Source: Bdellovibrio sp. (GTDB lineage Bacteria; Bdellovibrionota; UBA1018). From it: 32,108 nt of DNA. Location: assembly GCA_016213345.1 (NCBI GenBank), contig JACRAO010000075.1, positions 1 through 32,108 of the forward strand, in the 5' to 3' direction. Every line of letters begins with the position of its first letter. Within the stretch, counting starts at the first letter, position 1. The translations under genes and the position numbers were made by a program. Below the pieces are notes generated by a model, which saw only the letters and a list, made by a program, of their open reading frames with translations, did not search any database and was not told the origin of the DNA. Positions 8,681 to 18,482 of this stretch are shown here, one piece after another.

Positions 8681-9537
8681 AATGCATTTCGAAATATATT
8701 ATTTTGCTTGTGTGCTTGTCTTGCTTGAACTGTGGCAATCCCAGGCAGGTGTACAAGCCATCTTCTGTCGCTGAAGCAGAAGATCTAATAGATAAGGGTG
8801 AAAACGAAAAGGCCATCTTAATATTAGAGAAATATATGCAAGAGGAACCTAAGAATAAAGAAGTAAAAATTTTACTTGCATCTGCATACTTGGGTTATGC
8901 GGGTTTAAGCATTTATTCTTATTTTGAGTCGTTTCATGACTTATTATTCGAAAGACCACTTTCGGAAACTCTCTTTGGAGATAAGAGTTCACAAGATTTA
9001 GCTTCGGTTTCTATCAATATGCCAGGCTTGAATGACGATTTGGCACCGATAGAAGTCATGCTTCTTAAGTTAAGTCAATTTTTTTTGATTGCAAGCAATC
9101 AGCTTTCTTTTTTTAATCGTTTTAATACTGTTATGCCTGCGTATTGGCAATTTGTTGATAGAGCACTTAAGTTAATTGATTCGACTGAAAAGACAAATGA
9201 TATAGTTTTATATAAAATTTTAATTTGGATTATTTATATAAAATCATACTTGAAATACAATATTGTTGGTGACAAAAGTGTTGGTTCTAGACAATGGATT
9301 TGTAACTTAGATGTCGAAAGATTTTATTTAGATATAAAGTGGATACTTCGCTCTGTATTAATTATAGTTAAAGATGTAAAAATCATAAAAACCGAAGGGT
9401 CCGCCGCTCTAAATGATTTAGAAATCGGTCTAAGTGATATTGAACACATCATGAATGAATTTAGTGATCAAAAAAATGGGGTGCGATTAAGCCTGAAAGG
9501 ACTGGAATATCAACTAAAATGCACTCCAGAACTATAG
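8677..9537 (+). CDS. Hypothetical lipoprotein with an N-terminal TPR-like repeat
   Basis: TTG start with a 4-nt overlap onto the upstream stop. Signal sequence MKCISKYIILLVCLSCLN-C-GN. AEAEDLIDKGENEKAILILEKYMQEEPKNKEVKILLASAYLGYAG resembles a TPR hairpin. Confidence 0.65.
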   Translation: MKCISKYIILLVCLSCLNCGNPRQVYKPSSVAEAEDLIDKGENEKAILILEKYMQEEPKNKEVKILLASAYLGYAGLSIYSYFESFHDLLFERPLSETLFGDKSSQDLASVSINMPGLNDDLAPIEVMLLKLSQFFLIASNQLSFFNRFNTVMPAYWQFVDRALKLIDSTEKTNDIVLYKILIWIIYIKSYLKYNIVGDKSVGSRQWICNLDVERFYLDIKWILRSVLIIVKDVKIIKTEGSAALNDLEIGLSDIEHIMNEFSDQKNGVRLSLKGLEYQLKCTPEL

Positions 9538-9543
9538 TGATAT

Positions 9544-10620
9544 ATGAAAATATTTATTATTTTTCTAACTAATCTATTTTTTCTGTGTAATGTTTATGCT
9601 GAAGATATTTCATTTACATTTGATTATATGCCAAGCAGGTTTGAAACAAGAGAGTTAACAGCCGGTTCTAGAGCACTTGGAGAACTTTGTACTTCATGGG
9701 CTGTAATGCCAGATGGAACAGTTTGTAATAGTGCTTTTTTGAATCAAAATACTAAAAGTTTCTTTTTAGGCAGATTTTATATTGGCAATGGATATAGTGC
9801 GCTTTCAACTGCAAATGCGGTTTTACTTAAACCAATTACTAAAGACACACTAAAAAAAGTATTCGAAAATAACTCAGTCATCACTATGGAGTCACAAATT
9901 GATTTAGTTTTTGTGACTCCATATTTTTCAATCGAGTTTGCACCGTATAGGATTCAATATTTTTCAGAAATACATAATCCTAATTTTCCAATCATAGCAC
10001 TTCATGCATCGTTAGAAAAAAGAGTAAAATTAAGCGGCAATCTTAAGCTATCCAGATTCACTCCCGCATTAAGTCAGTTCACTTTGGGTTTGGAATTAAG
10101 ATTATTAGATAGAAAGTATATACATAATAGTTTTTCGTTTTTTAAAGCTATTGCTAGTCCAGATGCAGGGTTACTGCCCGTTAACAATCAAAGAGCGGTA
10201 TTTTTGGATCCATCAATTGGTTGGGCTTCTAGAAAATGGCCATGGAAAACTAGAGCTAGTATTGCTGCTAGAAACATAGGCAAAGTTTGGTACAGCAATT
10301 CGCTCTACCCAGAATACACAGATATAGATATCGGCGTTGGTGTTGAACCACCAGTAGAGATTGGGCAGCTTGGTGTTGGCATAGAATTTGTAAATCTTAT
10401 TTATGCTCAGGATTTTATTTCTCGAATGCGTTTTGGGGGGTCATATAAGCTTGGGATGATGGAGATTATGAGTGGCGTTAATGCGAATTCACTAGTGACA
10501 GGGCTTGAATTTGGTGTCAATATTTTTCAAGCTGGTATTGTTTATGAGTTTATACGAAATGATTTGAGAGGATTGGGCCCTGAAAACAAAATTTCTACAG
10601 AGTTTTCTTTTAAACTTTAG
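9544..10620 (+). CDS. Predicted outer-membrane beta-barrel protein
   Basis: Signal peptide MKIFIIFLTNLFFLCNVYA/ED. Amphipathic alternating strands run throughout (LDLVFVTPYFSIEFAPYRIQYF; LVTGLEFGVNIFQAGIVYEFI) and the C-terminal strand is aromatic-rich (STEFSFKL). No specific family recognised. Confidence 0.6.
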   Translation: MKIFIIFLTNLFFLCNVYAEDISFTFDYMPSRFETRELTAGSRALGELCTSWAVMPDGTVCNSAFLNQNTKSFFLGRFYIGNGYSALSTANAVLLKPITKDTLKKVFENNSVITMESQIDLVFVTPYFSIEFAPYRIQYFSEIHNPNFPIIALHASLEKRVKLSGNLKLSRFTPALSQFTLGLELRLLDRKYIHNSFSFFKAIASPDAGLLPVNNQRAVFLDPSIGWASRKWPWKTRASIAARNIGKVWYSNSLYPEYTDIDIGVGVEPPVEIGQLGVGIEFVNLIYAQDFISRMRFGGSYKLGMMEIMSGVNANSLVTGLEFGVNIFQAGIVYEFIRNDLRGLGPENKISTEFSFKL

Positions 10621-10630
10621 TGTTTGGCTT

Positions 10631-11236
10631 TTGATTGTATCCCTTTTTGTTGGGCCATATGCTTTAGCTGAAGTCGATTATTTTGACTATTTGCACAAAA
10701 AAAGTGCTAATTTAAATCTAGAAAACAAAACGAATGGCTGGGCATACATGATTAGTGGAGCCCTTGTTCTGGGGGGTTCGATACCTGGTTATTATCTTTC
10801 TAAGGAGATTTTCTCGAAAGTAATTTATACGGCTGGTCAAAATTTTGGTATTGCTGGTATTGGTTACGGAGCTTATCTAGCTTTTATTGATAATGATTAC
10901 AAGCGGTTTGAAAATATTTTGCAAAAAACTCCTGAATTAACAAGAGAACAGAAAAATAAACTTGCTTATTATTTTTTTAAAGATCGAGCTGAACAGGCTA
11001 AACGTATACGAATGATCAGAGTAGTATCCCATGGTTTGTCAGCGGGTCTTAATATTTTGAATGGCCTGACATCAGATTCTAAAGAATTGGGACTGGCTTT
11101 ATTTTTTCTTGGTGGTGTTAATGTTTTGGCATCAATTGGTTTGTTGTTCTCACAATCTGCAGAAGAAAAGATGTTAACCAGTTCTTTTTCTGCAACACCC
11201 AAATTTGCTGCACTAAATATTACTTATCATTTTTGA
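10631..11236 (+). CDS. Hypothetical integral membrane protein
   Basis: Several hydrophobic helices (WAYMISGALVLGGSIPGYYL, IAGIGYGAYLAFI, LGLALFFLGGVNVLASIGLLF). The TTG start is uncertain: the frame is open from 10568 and reads like a longer signal/TM segment. Confidence 0.55.
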   Translation: MIVSLFVGPYALAEVDYFDYLHKKSANLNLENKTNGWAYMISGALVLGGSIPGYYLSKEIFSKVIYTAGQNFGIAGIGYGAYLAFIDNDYKRFENILQKTPELTREQKNKLAYYFFKDRAEQAKRIRMIRVVSHGLSAGLNILNGLTSDSKELGLALFFLGGVNVLASIGLLFSQSAEEKMLTSSFSATPKFAALNITYHF

Positions 11237-11355
11237 TTGAGAACTGCTTTTATTTTTTTGTACTAGTGCATTGAAACATAAATTTCTTTCATATACGGAC
11301 TAGTATGATCTATCTATGTTTATTTCATGATTATAATATGTTACCCATTATAAAT

Positions 11356-12132
11356 ATGCTTATTGACACTCACTGCCACTTGGATTCAGACTTTTCGCCT
11401 AAAACAATTCCTGACTTGCTCAGAGAGGCCACTCTCGCTGATGTTTCTATTATGATTGCAGTTGCTACAGAGCTCGATTCGGTAAAAAAAGTATCTGAAA
11501 TCTCTAGTCAATATGAAAACGTTTTTTGCACAGTTGGTATTCATCCTCATGAAGCGAAAAAATTTGATATTTCAGATGTATTGATCTTAAAAGAAGCAGC
11601 CATGAATCCAAAGTGCAAAGCTATTGGTGAAATTGGTTTGGATTATCATTACAAATTTTCAACTCCTGAAGAACAAAAATATACGTTGGAGCAACAACTA
11701 AACTTAGCAGCAAAACTTGGCTTGCCTGTGGTGATCCATTCTAGAGAGGCAGAAGAGGATCTGGAAATATCATTAAGTCGTTATGCAAAACGAGTGAAAA
11801 CAGGAGCAATTCCAGGCGTTCTTCACTGTTTTACTGGCACAAAGGAATTTGGCCTGAAATGTTTAGATTTAGGATTTTATGTTTCTTTTTCGGGAATTTT
11901 AACTTTCAAGAATGCAGATAGCATTCGAGAGTGTGCCCGAGTTTTTCCCTTGGATCGCATAGTGATCGAGACGGATGCTCCTTTTTTGGCACCAGTTCCT
12001 TGGCGTGGTAAAAAATGTGAGCCAAGCTACCTTAAGCTGACTGCTCAAAAGCTAGCCGAAATTAGAGGTATGTCTTTTGACGAAGTAGCGCAAGCGACAA
12101 CAGAAAATGCAAAAAGACTTTTTAATATATAA
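11356..12132 (+). CDS. TatD-family metal-dependent hydrolase (DNase)
   Basis: I prefer the ATG at 11356, which gives MLIDTHCHLD (the canonical TatD N-terminus). Further motifs: GIHPHEA, GEIGLDYHY, VIHSREA, HCFTG and ETDAPFLAP. Confidence 0.88.
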   Translation: MLIDTHCHLDSDFSPKTIPDLLREATLADVSIMIAVATELDSVKKVSEISSQYENVFCTVGIHPHEAKKFDISDVLILKEAAMNPKCKAIGEIGLDYHYKFSTPEEQKYTLEQQLNLAAKLGLPVVIHSREAEEDLEISLSRYAKRVKTGAIPGVLHCFTGTKEFGLKCLDLGFYVSFSGILTFKNADSIRECARVFPLDRIVIETDAPFLAPVPWRGKKCEPSYLKLTAQKLAEIRGMSFDEVAQATTENAKRLFNI

Positions 12133-12141
12133 AGTATTTCC

Positions 12142-13422
12142 CTACGCAGCCTCAACCAGCATTACAACACCTAGCCCGCTGCCGGCGCAAACAGAGACAA
12201 GGGCTAGTTTTTTCCCTCTGACTTTTAATTCATGCAAAGCTTGTAAGATCAGCCTCACTCCTGTAGCTCCAAACGGATGTCCTAATGGAATGCTGCCTCC
12301 GTTTACATTAAATTTTGACATATCTACTTGGCCAATTGGTCGATCCAATCCTAATTTATCTTTAGCAAATTCTTTTGATTCGATCGCTCGGATTGACGAT
12401 AAAACCTGAGCCGCAAAAGCTTCGTGCATTTCGATTAAATCAATATCTTCCCAACTAACGCCAGCTTGTTTTAACATGCGTGGAATTGCATATACTGGAC
12501 CTATCAGTAAAGGTTCCTTTTTTATGTCAATAGCAGCGGCTGCGTAACCTCTTAAAAAACCCAATGGTTTCATTTTGTATTCTTCTGCTTTTTTTTCACT
12601 CATCATTAGGATGGCACTCGCTCCATCTGTTAGCGGGCTCGCATTTCCCGCTGTGATTGTTCCATCTTTATAAAAAACAGGTTTCAGCATTGCCAGTTTT
12701 TCTAGTGTTGTATCAGCTCGAATATCCGTATCTCGATCAACCACTTTGCCATCAGGAGTACCGATAGTAACTACATGCGATTTATAAAAACCACGTTCCC
12801 AGGCATTATGAGCCTTAATATGGCTATCTAATGCATATTTGTCTTGTATTTCGCGCGAAACTCCAAAAACTCTAGCCATCAAATCCCCAGATTGACCCAT
12901 CGTAAGACCAGTTGTGGGTTCTTTGATTCCCGGAGCATGTGGCATTAGGTGTTTAGGTTTAAATTCGGTTAATTTGGATAGTTTCTGGGCCGTAGTTCTG
13001 GATTTCATTAGATCCTGAAAAAAATCAGTTGCGTCTTGGCTGAAAAGTGCACGAATAGAACTAATTGACTCGGCTCCTCCTGCCATCCCAACCTCTATTT
13101 GTCCGGATTGAATTTTTGCAGCAATTGCACTTACGCACTCAGTAGAAGAGGCACAATAACGATTTACAGTGGTGCAAGGAATTTCAGCGGGTAACCCTGA
13201 ATCAAACAAAGCCTCTCTAGCCACATTTGTTCCTTCTGGAGGGGGGCACACTATGCCGAAATACAGTTCTTGGATTAATTTTGGGTCGAAATCACTTCTA
13301 GCTATTGTCTCTCTAAGAACGAAGCCTCCTAGTGTAGAGGCTGGCATTTTTTGAAACAAGGCCCTAGACCTGACAAATGGAGTCCTTACTCCATTAACAA
13401 ATACAACCCGATTTTGGTTCAT
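12142..13422 (-). CDS. Acetyl-CoA C-acyltransferase (thiolase)
   Basis: Active-site Cys in VNRYCASS, GNASPLTDGASA, and the C-terminal NVNGGSIPLGHPFGATG and CAGSGLG motifs. Confidence 0.9.
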   Translation of the reverse strand: MNQNRVVFVNGVRTPFVRSRALFQKMPASTLGGFVLRETIARSDFDPKLIQELYFGIVCPPPEGTNVAREALFDSGLPAEIPCTTVNRYCASSTECVSAIAAKIQSGQIEVGMAGGAESISSIRALFSQDATDFFQDLMKSRTTAQKLSKLTEFKPKHLMPHAPGIKEPTTGLTMGQSGDLMARVFGVSREIQDKYALDSHIKAHNAWERGFYKSHVVTIGTPDGKVVDRDTDIRADTTLEKLAMLKPVFYKDGTITAGNASPLTDGASAILMMSEKKAEEYKMKPLGFLRGYAAAAIDIKKEPLLIGPVYAIPRMLKQAGVSWEDIDLIEMHEAFAAQVLSSIRAIESKEFAKDKLGLDRPIGQVDMSKFNVNGGSIPLGHPFGATGVRLILQALHELKVRGKKLALVSVCAGSGLGVVMLVEAA

Positions 13423-13480
13423 AAACTAAGTTTCTCCTGATAAACTTATAGCTGAAATAATATTTTTACGCACTAATTTT

Positions 13481-15154
13481 ATGAATAAATATTTTTTAAG
13501 TCCTTTTTTAAAACATCTTTGGACGCATCCCGGGCATCTTTTGTGGGTAGTGTTGGCTTACCTTCCACCGCTTGGCACAATGAATATTCTCATGATTGGC
13601 AATCAAAAATTGTATTTCAATATCGCAATGGAAATGCGTGAACGAGCCAGTCTGCTAACACCATATCTTTTTGGTGAGCCAAATTATCTCAGACCGCCTT
13701 TTCAGTTGTGGATGATGCTTTTTAGTTGGAAGGTATTTGGTTTCAATTTATGGGCCACCTTGCTGCCGTCTGTTATTTTTCTTTTAATCACTGCGTGGCT
13801 TTTAGGAGAGATTTCAGGGTTTCTTCATGAAAGAAGATGGTTTATTAACTCGGGGCTTTGGTTTGCGATTGCATTAGGTACTGTGCTTTTTGGAACAATC
13901 TATCAAACTGAAATTTATGTTTGTTTTTTTTATACAGCAAGCTGGTGGGCCATGCTTAAGTACTTATATAAACCCATTGACTTTCGTGATAGAAAATGGC
14001 TGTATATTGCCTTCATATTAGCAGGAATTTCTGCATTAGTGAAAAATCCCATTTACCCATTGATTTGGAGTATGGGGGTTTTGTCATATCTGATTTTGTC
14101 GGGAGAATGGGAGCTTTTTAGAGAAAAGTGCTTACATCGTTCTTTCTTGATTGGTATTTTAGTAGGGATTTTTTGGTATGTGTTTGTTTTTTTTCATGAT
14201 CGACAAAGGGCTTGGACTCATTTTTTACAACAACTATCTTTAGAAACACTTAACAACACAGATTCTGTGTTTGGATTATGGTTGTCGTTTCTGTACTTGT
14301 GTTTCCCTTTTACGTTAATGATTTTTGTAGCTATTCGTACGCTTATTAAAAAGGGCCGCAGAGTATCTAACCTTGTTTTGTTTGCTATAAGTTGGGTTTG
14401 GCCTATTGTTTTGGTTTTTAGCTTTTTCAATTACCGAAACCATTCTTATGCATATCTTCTTGTGCCACTTTTTGCTCTTCTGGCAGATTGGGCTTACTTT
14501 CGTGTAGGGAGAACAAAAATTTTTAGAGCCGTTGTAGTTATAAGTGGTGTTTGCGTTTGTCTGTTTTCTAGCGGTCTTGCTTTACTTGTTTACAGGGGAG
14601 ACTTTGCGTCACCATGGATAGCTTTAGGATTTGTTGTTTGCGGAATTTGGATCCTTGTTTGTTCTTTCAAAGACTGGATGCGTGGTATGATACTTTGTTG
14701 CTTGGTATCAGTGTTTTTATTTAGAGCTACTATTAGTGTAATGGGTGAGTGGGATCTGTCCGTATTAAAAAATACCGCCATTAATAAACCTTCTGCCTCA
14801 ATTGGATTTTTAGACGAAGAAAATGATCTTTGGAGTGATGTTGGCCTTTTATCGGTTACTATTAGAAAACCTATTTTAAGATTAACAAATCTGGATCAGA
14901 TTACGGAGCATTTGCAGAAAGGTGGCATAGTGGCTTTAGACGAAGAACAGGCAAAAAATAATATTAGAACCATCGAAGCAAAGTTGTTAGGCAAGGGTGA
15001 TTTTCGTATTTTAGAAGAAAAAATCTGGCCCCGCTGGCAAAGGAAGTCTAAATTTCCGCTGAAAAAGTTTTTACAAGAAGGAAAAACCGGAGTAAGTGAT
15101 TTTGTCGAGCTTACACAGCAGCAATATAAAATTTTATGGCTTAAGGACTTGTAA
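13481..15154 (+). CDS. Polytopic glycosyltransferase, ArnT/PMT (GT39/GT83)-like
   Basis: More than 10 TM helices followed by a soluble C-terminal domain. The first periplasmic loop, FGEPNYLRPPFQLWMM, resembles the ArnT/PMT (K/R)PPL.YW motif. Confidence 0.6.
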   Translation: MNKYFLSPFLKHLWTHPGHLLWVVLAYLPPLGTMNILMIGNQKLYFNIAMEMRERASLLTPYLFGEPNYLRPPFQLWMMLFSWKVFGFNLWATLLPSVIFLLITAWLLGEISGFLHERRWFINSGLWFAIALGTVLFGTIYQTEIYVCFFYTASWWAMLKYLYKPIDFRDRKWLYIAFILAGISALVKNPIYPLIWSMGVLSYLILSGEWELFREKCLHRSFLIGILVGIFWYVFVFFHDRQRAWTHFLQQLSLETLNNTDSVFGLWLSFLYLCFPFTLMIFVAIRTLIKKGRRVSNLVLFAISWVWPIVLVFSFFNYRNHSYAYLLVPLFALLADWAYFRVGRTKIFRAVVVISGVCVCLFSSGLALLVYRGDFASPWIALGFVVCGIWILVCSFKDWMRGMILCCLVSVFLFRATISVMGEWDLSVLKNTAINKPSASIGFLDEENDLWSDVGLLSVTIRKPILRLTNLDQITEHLQKGGIVALDEEQAKNNIRTIEAKLLGKGDFRILEEKIWPRWQRKSKFPLKKFLQEGKTGVSDFVELTQQQYKILWLKDL

Positions 15155-15174
15155 CTTTTATTTTGTCACAAGTT

Positions 15175-16515
15175 CTAAGGGGTAATGGCTTGCACCACAT
15201 TTGGTGACGCGGACCATTTAGGTGTAACACAGTTGCCGAGACCATAGGTCAGACGTTTCACAAAAGTTCCATCAATATTCATAACATAGATGTTTTGAGT
15301 GCCAGTTCGATTGGAACTGAAAATTACAAAATTTCCATCTGGACTAAAATAAGGATCCTCGTTGTTACCTTGATTTTTAGTGAGTCTTTCTATATGCGTA
15401 CCATCAGGGTTCATGATGAAAATGTCAAAAATGTTATCTATCCATCCTGCAAAAGCAATTTTGTTATTTTGAGGTGACCAATTTGGAGTTGCATTGTATC
15501 TACCAGCATAAGTTAAGCGTTGCAACCGACTTCCATCTAGCGCAATACTGTAAATCATAGGCATCCCGGTTCTTGAAGAAACAAAAATCAGCGTCTTACC
15601 GTCTGGACTCCAAGATGGATCCACATCTACACCAAAAGATGAAGTAAGGCGAGTCGCGTTTAATGTAGTCAAATCAAGTGAAAAAACCTCTGGATTTCCC
15701 AAAAAACTCATTGTTATAGCTATTTTTTTGCCATCTGGTGAATATGCCGCGCCACTGTTAATGCCTTTGCGGTTAGAGAGCAATCGAATTGTACTTGTTG
15801 GAAAATCATACTCATAGAGATCAATGTTTTTGATGTTATTTTTTCGTTTTGTAAAAAGAGAATAAGCAATTTTTGTTCCATCTGGGCTCCATGCAGGAGC
15901 AATAGCAATAGAGCGGTGTTATGTAATTTGCTTAATGCCGCCTCCATCAAAGTCCATAATATAAATTTCTTTTTTTCCCGTCAGATCACAACTCATTGCA
16001 ATTTTAGTTAAGAAAATGCCTGGTTTTCCAGTTAAGAAAAACATAATGTCATTGGCAAAACTGTGAGCCAAAGTTTTGGCATCTGACAAAGCTGCCAAGT
16101 ATTTTTTTGCAAAAATTTGTTTTTGACCCAAAACATCGTAAAGATGCCCTTGAAATGTTAGCGTATTTCCATCTAGATTTAGTTCTGTTTTAATCAGAAA
16201 CTCAGCTCCGACGCTTGACCAATCTGAAAACTTAAAGCTATCTAAAACAATCCCGGTACTTTTTGGATCTTCGATAAAAGCAGCAGGAGAAAGAAAGCGA
16301 AACAGGTCCATAAAGTCTAAATCTAGATTTATAGTTTTATGTATTGTTTGTTTAGCTTGGACAATAGAAACATTGCTTTGGAGGGCTAAATTGCTCTTGA
16401 TTTCTGGCAGAGCAACGATAGATCTTTTTGTTCTTGCTGTGCCCACCGCAATGTATAACTTTTCGTCCGCATACGATGCAGTTGATATGAACATGAGTGC
16501 AGCTAATATACTCAT
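15175..16515 (-). pseudogene. tolB: TolB (Tol-Pal periplasmic beta-propeller protein) interrupted by a single in-frame TAA
   Basis: One continuous reading frame from ATG 16515 (signal peptide MSILAALMFISTASYA) to the stop at 15175. The N-terminal TolB domain is followed by repeated WSPDG/FSPDG propeller blades. The frame reads ...[33 protein letters not shown]... with TAA at complement(15919-15921). Confidence 0.8.
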
Positions 16516-16540
16516 TTTATAGAATGTGCACATACGGATA

Positions 16541-17323
16541 TTATAAAGGAAACCCAAGCAAAACACCATTGAGTAAGAGTTCTTTTGCAATTTCTCTGGG
16601 CGGTATCGGATAAGGTTGGCTAGATTGTAGTGTCTTAATTACCATCTCATCAAAGGTTTGATTGTTTGATACCTTAACAAACTGAAAATGCCTTAAATAC
16701 CCTTTTTGATCTATATGAATTTGCACTTGTGCAGATAAATCTTGACGGCTCAACCACACGGGCAGCGCCCAATTTTGCTGTAGGTGGTCTTTTAAAGAGT
16801 CATAATAGCTGCCTTCTATGTTCTCTTTGGCATCTTGCGAAATGCTAGAGCCTTTTGAAAGTATATTTCCCTTAAGTACGACTTGAGTTTCATTAGATTC
16901 AGGAGAAACTTTCTCTAAGGCCTTGATTCGAGAAAGTGCATTTTTCATTTTAGATTGTCTATTTTTGACTGGATTTGTAGCCTTAGGTTTAAGCACCATA
17001 TTATCCGATCTCTCGATGGTTTTTGCTTTCCTGTACTGAGTATTTTTTAATTGTTTAGCTGCTTCTTCGGCCTTTTCTAAAGCCCGACTGAGTTCCTGTG
17101 AGGGTTTGTTTATGGCTAGGTCTTTTTTTAAATAATCTGGCAGACCGACTAAATCCACTTTTAAAGTAGGTACAAAAGGAACGATTTTTGAAGGGAAGCT
17201 AAAACCTCTAAACCATAGCATAGTAAATAACGCGACATGACAGAGTAAAGACCATTTTACTGCTACTTTAAAATTATTTGAAGTAGTCAGTACTTGTGGT
17301 GCTCTAAAAGGTGGAACTACCAT
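16541..17323 (-). CDS. tolA: TolA/TonB-like energy-transducing protein
   Basis: N-terminal TM anchor, a charged Lys/Glu-rich linker and a C-terminal TonB_C/TolA_C-like domain (YYDSLKDHLQQNWALPVW...VQIHIDQKGYL). Positioned between tolR and tolB. Confidence 0.7.
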   Translation of the reverse strand: MVVPPFRAPQVLTTSNNFKVAVKWSLLCHVALFTMLWFRGFSFPSKIVPFVPTLKVDLVGLPDYLKKDLAINKPSQELSRALEKAEEAAKQLKNTQYRKAKTIERSDNMVLKPKATNPVKNRQSKMKNALSRIKALEKVSPESNETQVVLKGNILSKGSSISQDAKENIEGSYYDSLKDHLQQNWALPVWLSRQDLSAQVQIHIDQKGYLRHFQFVKVSNNQTFDEMVIKTLQSSQPYPIPPREIAKELLLNGVLLGFPL

Positions 17324-17333
17324 TCTTAAAAAC

Positions 17334-17771
17334 TCACAAACGGAACCCTTGTTCTAGGGGTTCAGTGACTAATCCTACGCGGCTAATTTTTGCTTTTTTT
17401 ACTTCTCCCATAATTTGTGCAACATACCCGTAGGGTAAATTTTGATCAGCCTGCACTACAACTTGAACTTGTGGCTTTGCGGCAGCAATTGCTTCGAGTC
17501 TTACTCTTAAAGTACCAGGTTCAATTTGTTTTTCGTTCATAAAAATTTGTCTCCACTTGTTTACAACAAGCACTAGTTGATCAGGTACTTCGCTAAGTGT
17601 ACCTGTATCTGCTTTTGGCAAATCGACCTGAATGCCTTGCTGCATTAATGGAGCAGAGATCATAAAAATAATCAATAAAACAAGCATTACATCCACTAGT
17701 GGCGTTACATTAATTTCTGCTAATGTAGTTGGTGTAGAATTTGTGTTTTGTCTGGCAGAAGAAAATCCCAT
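17334..17771 (-). CDS. tolR: TolR/ExbD biopolymer transport protein
   Basis: EINVTPLVDVMLVLLIIFM motif with the conserved Asp in the single TM helix. 145 aa. Confidence 0.85.
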   Translation of the reverse strand: MGFSSARQNTNSTPTTLAEINVTPLVDVMLVLLIIFMISAPLMQQGIQVDLPKADTGTLSEVPDQLVLVVNKWRQIFMNEKQIEPGTLRVRLEAIAAAKPQVQVVVQADQNLPYGYVAQIMGEVKKAKISRVGLVTEPLEQGFRL

Positions 17772-17776
17772 AAATT

Positions 17777-18475
17777 TTAACTTCCTGTTTTTGTCTGTAT
17801 AAAGCTTCTCTGAATAATATTCAAAAAATCTTGGGAAAAAGAGTCTATATCAATTACAGATTTTTTGATTTGTCCTACAAAATAGTTATAAGCAATGACT
17901 GCCGGTACTGCTGCCCCAATGCCTGCAGCGGTAGTAATCAGAGCTTCTGATATTCCAGGTGCCACTATTGCCAAATTAGCTGATCCGGTGATGCCAATGT
18001 TCTGAAAAGAATTCATAATGCCCCAAACTGTGCCAAAAAGACCTATAAAAGGAGTACTGCTAGCAACAGTACCCAAAGAGCCTATATATTTTTCAAGCTC
18101 GGAAGTTTCATGTATAGAGGCTCTTGCTAAAGCGCGATTTATGTTTTCAATATTTAATTTATGATCTGTTTTAGCATCTAAAACTGTCAATTTTCGCAGC
18201 TCTTTAAAGCCCGATTGAAAAATTTGCGCAATTGGGGAATTTTTTATGTTCTCAGATTTTTTGAAAATTTCTTCAATATTTTTATCACTCCAAAACAAAG
18301 TAAGAAATTTCTTATTTTCTTTTTTAGTGTGTTTAAAGGTTCGAATTTTCAAAAAAATTACAGCCCATGACCAAACCGAAGCCAAAAGTAAAATGAAAAG
18401 TACCAGTTTAGCCATTAATCCTGACTGAAGTATCAAATTAAATGCGTCTATTGATTTTAGTGTTGTTGATTGCAT
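17777..18475 (-). CDS. tolQ: TolQ/ExbB (MotA/TolQ/ExbB proton channel)
   Basis: I prefer the ATG at 18475, which avoids overlap with the upstream gene. Three TM helices and the conserved LGTVASSTPFIGLFGTVWGIMNSF and PGISEALITTAAG segments. Confidence 0.85.
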   Translation of the reverse strand: MQSTTLKSIDAFNLILQSGLMAKLVLFILLLASVWSWAVIFLKIRTFKHTKKENKKFLTLFWSDKNIEEIFKKSENIKNSPIAQIFQSGFKELRKLTVLDAKTDHKLNIENINRALARASIHETSELEKYIGSLGTVASSTPFIGLFGTVWGIMNSFQNIGITGSANLAIVAPGISEALITTAAGIGAAVPAVIAYNYFVGQIKKSVIDIDSFSQDFLNIIQRSFIQTKTGS

Positions 18476-18482
18476 AAGAAGT

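Noticed and set aside
15919-15921. Reassignment of TAA as a sense codon (alternative genetic code) to explain the tolB stop
   Set aside because: TAA terminates many well-defined genes in the window at the expected protein ends, for example the ABC ATPase at 1021, the ABC permease at 2253, ccdA at 3029 and ctaC at 23004. A genome-wide reassignment is therefore not supported.
15720-15950. The 76-aa ORF bridging the two tolB pieces, which might suggest a double frameshift
   Set aside because: Direct translation shows both tolB halves are in the same frame, separated only by a TAA. This ORF is an out-of-frame shadow with leucine-rich nonsense sequence.
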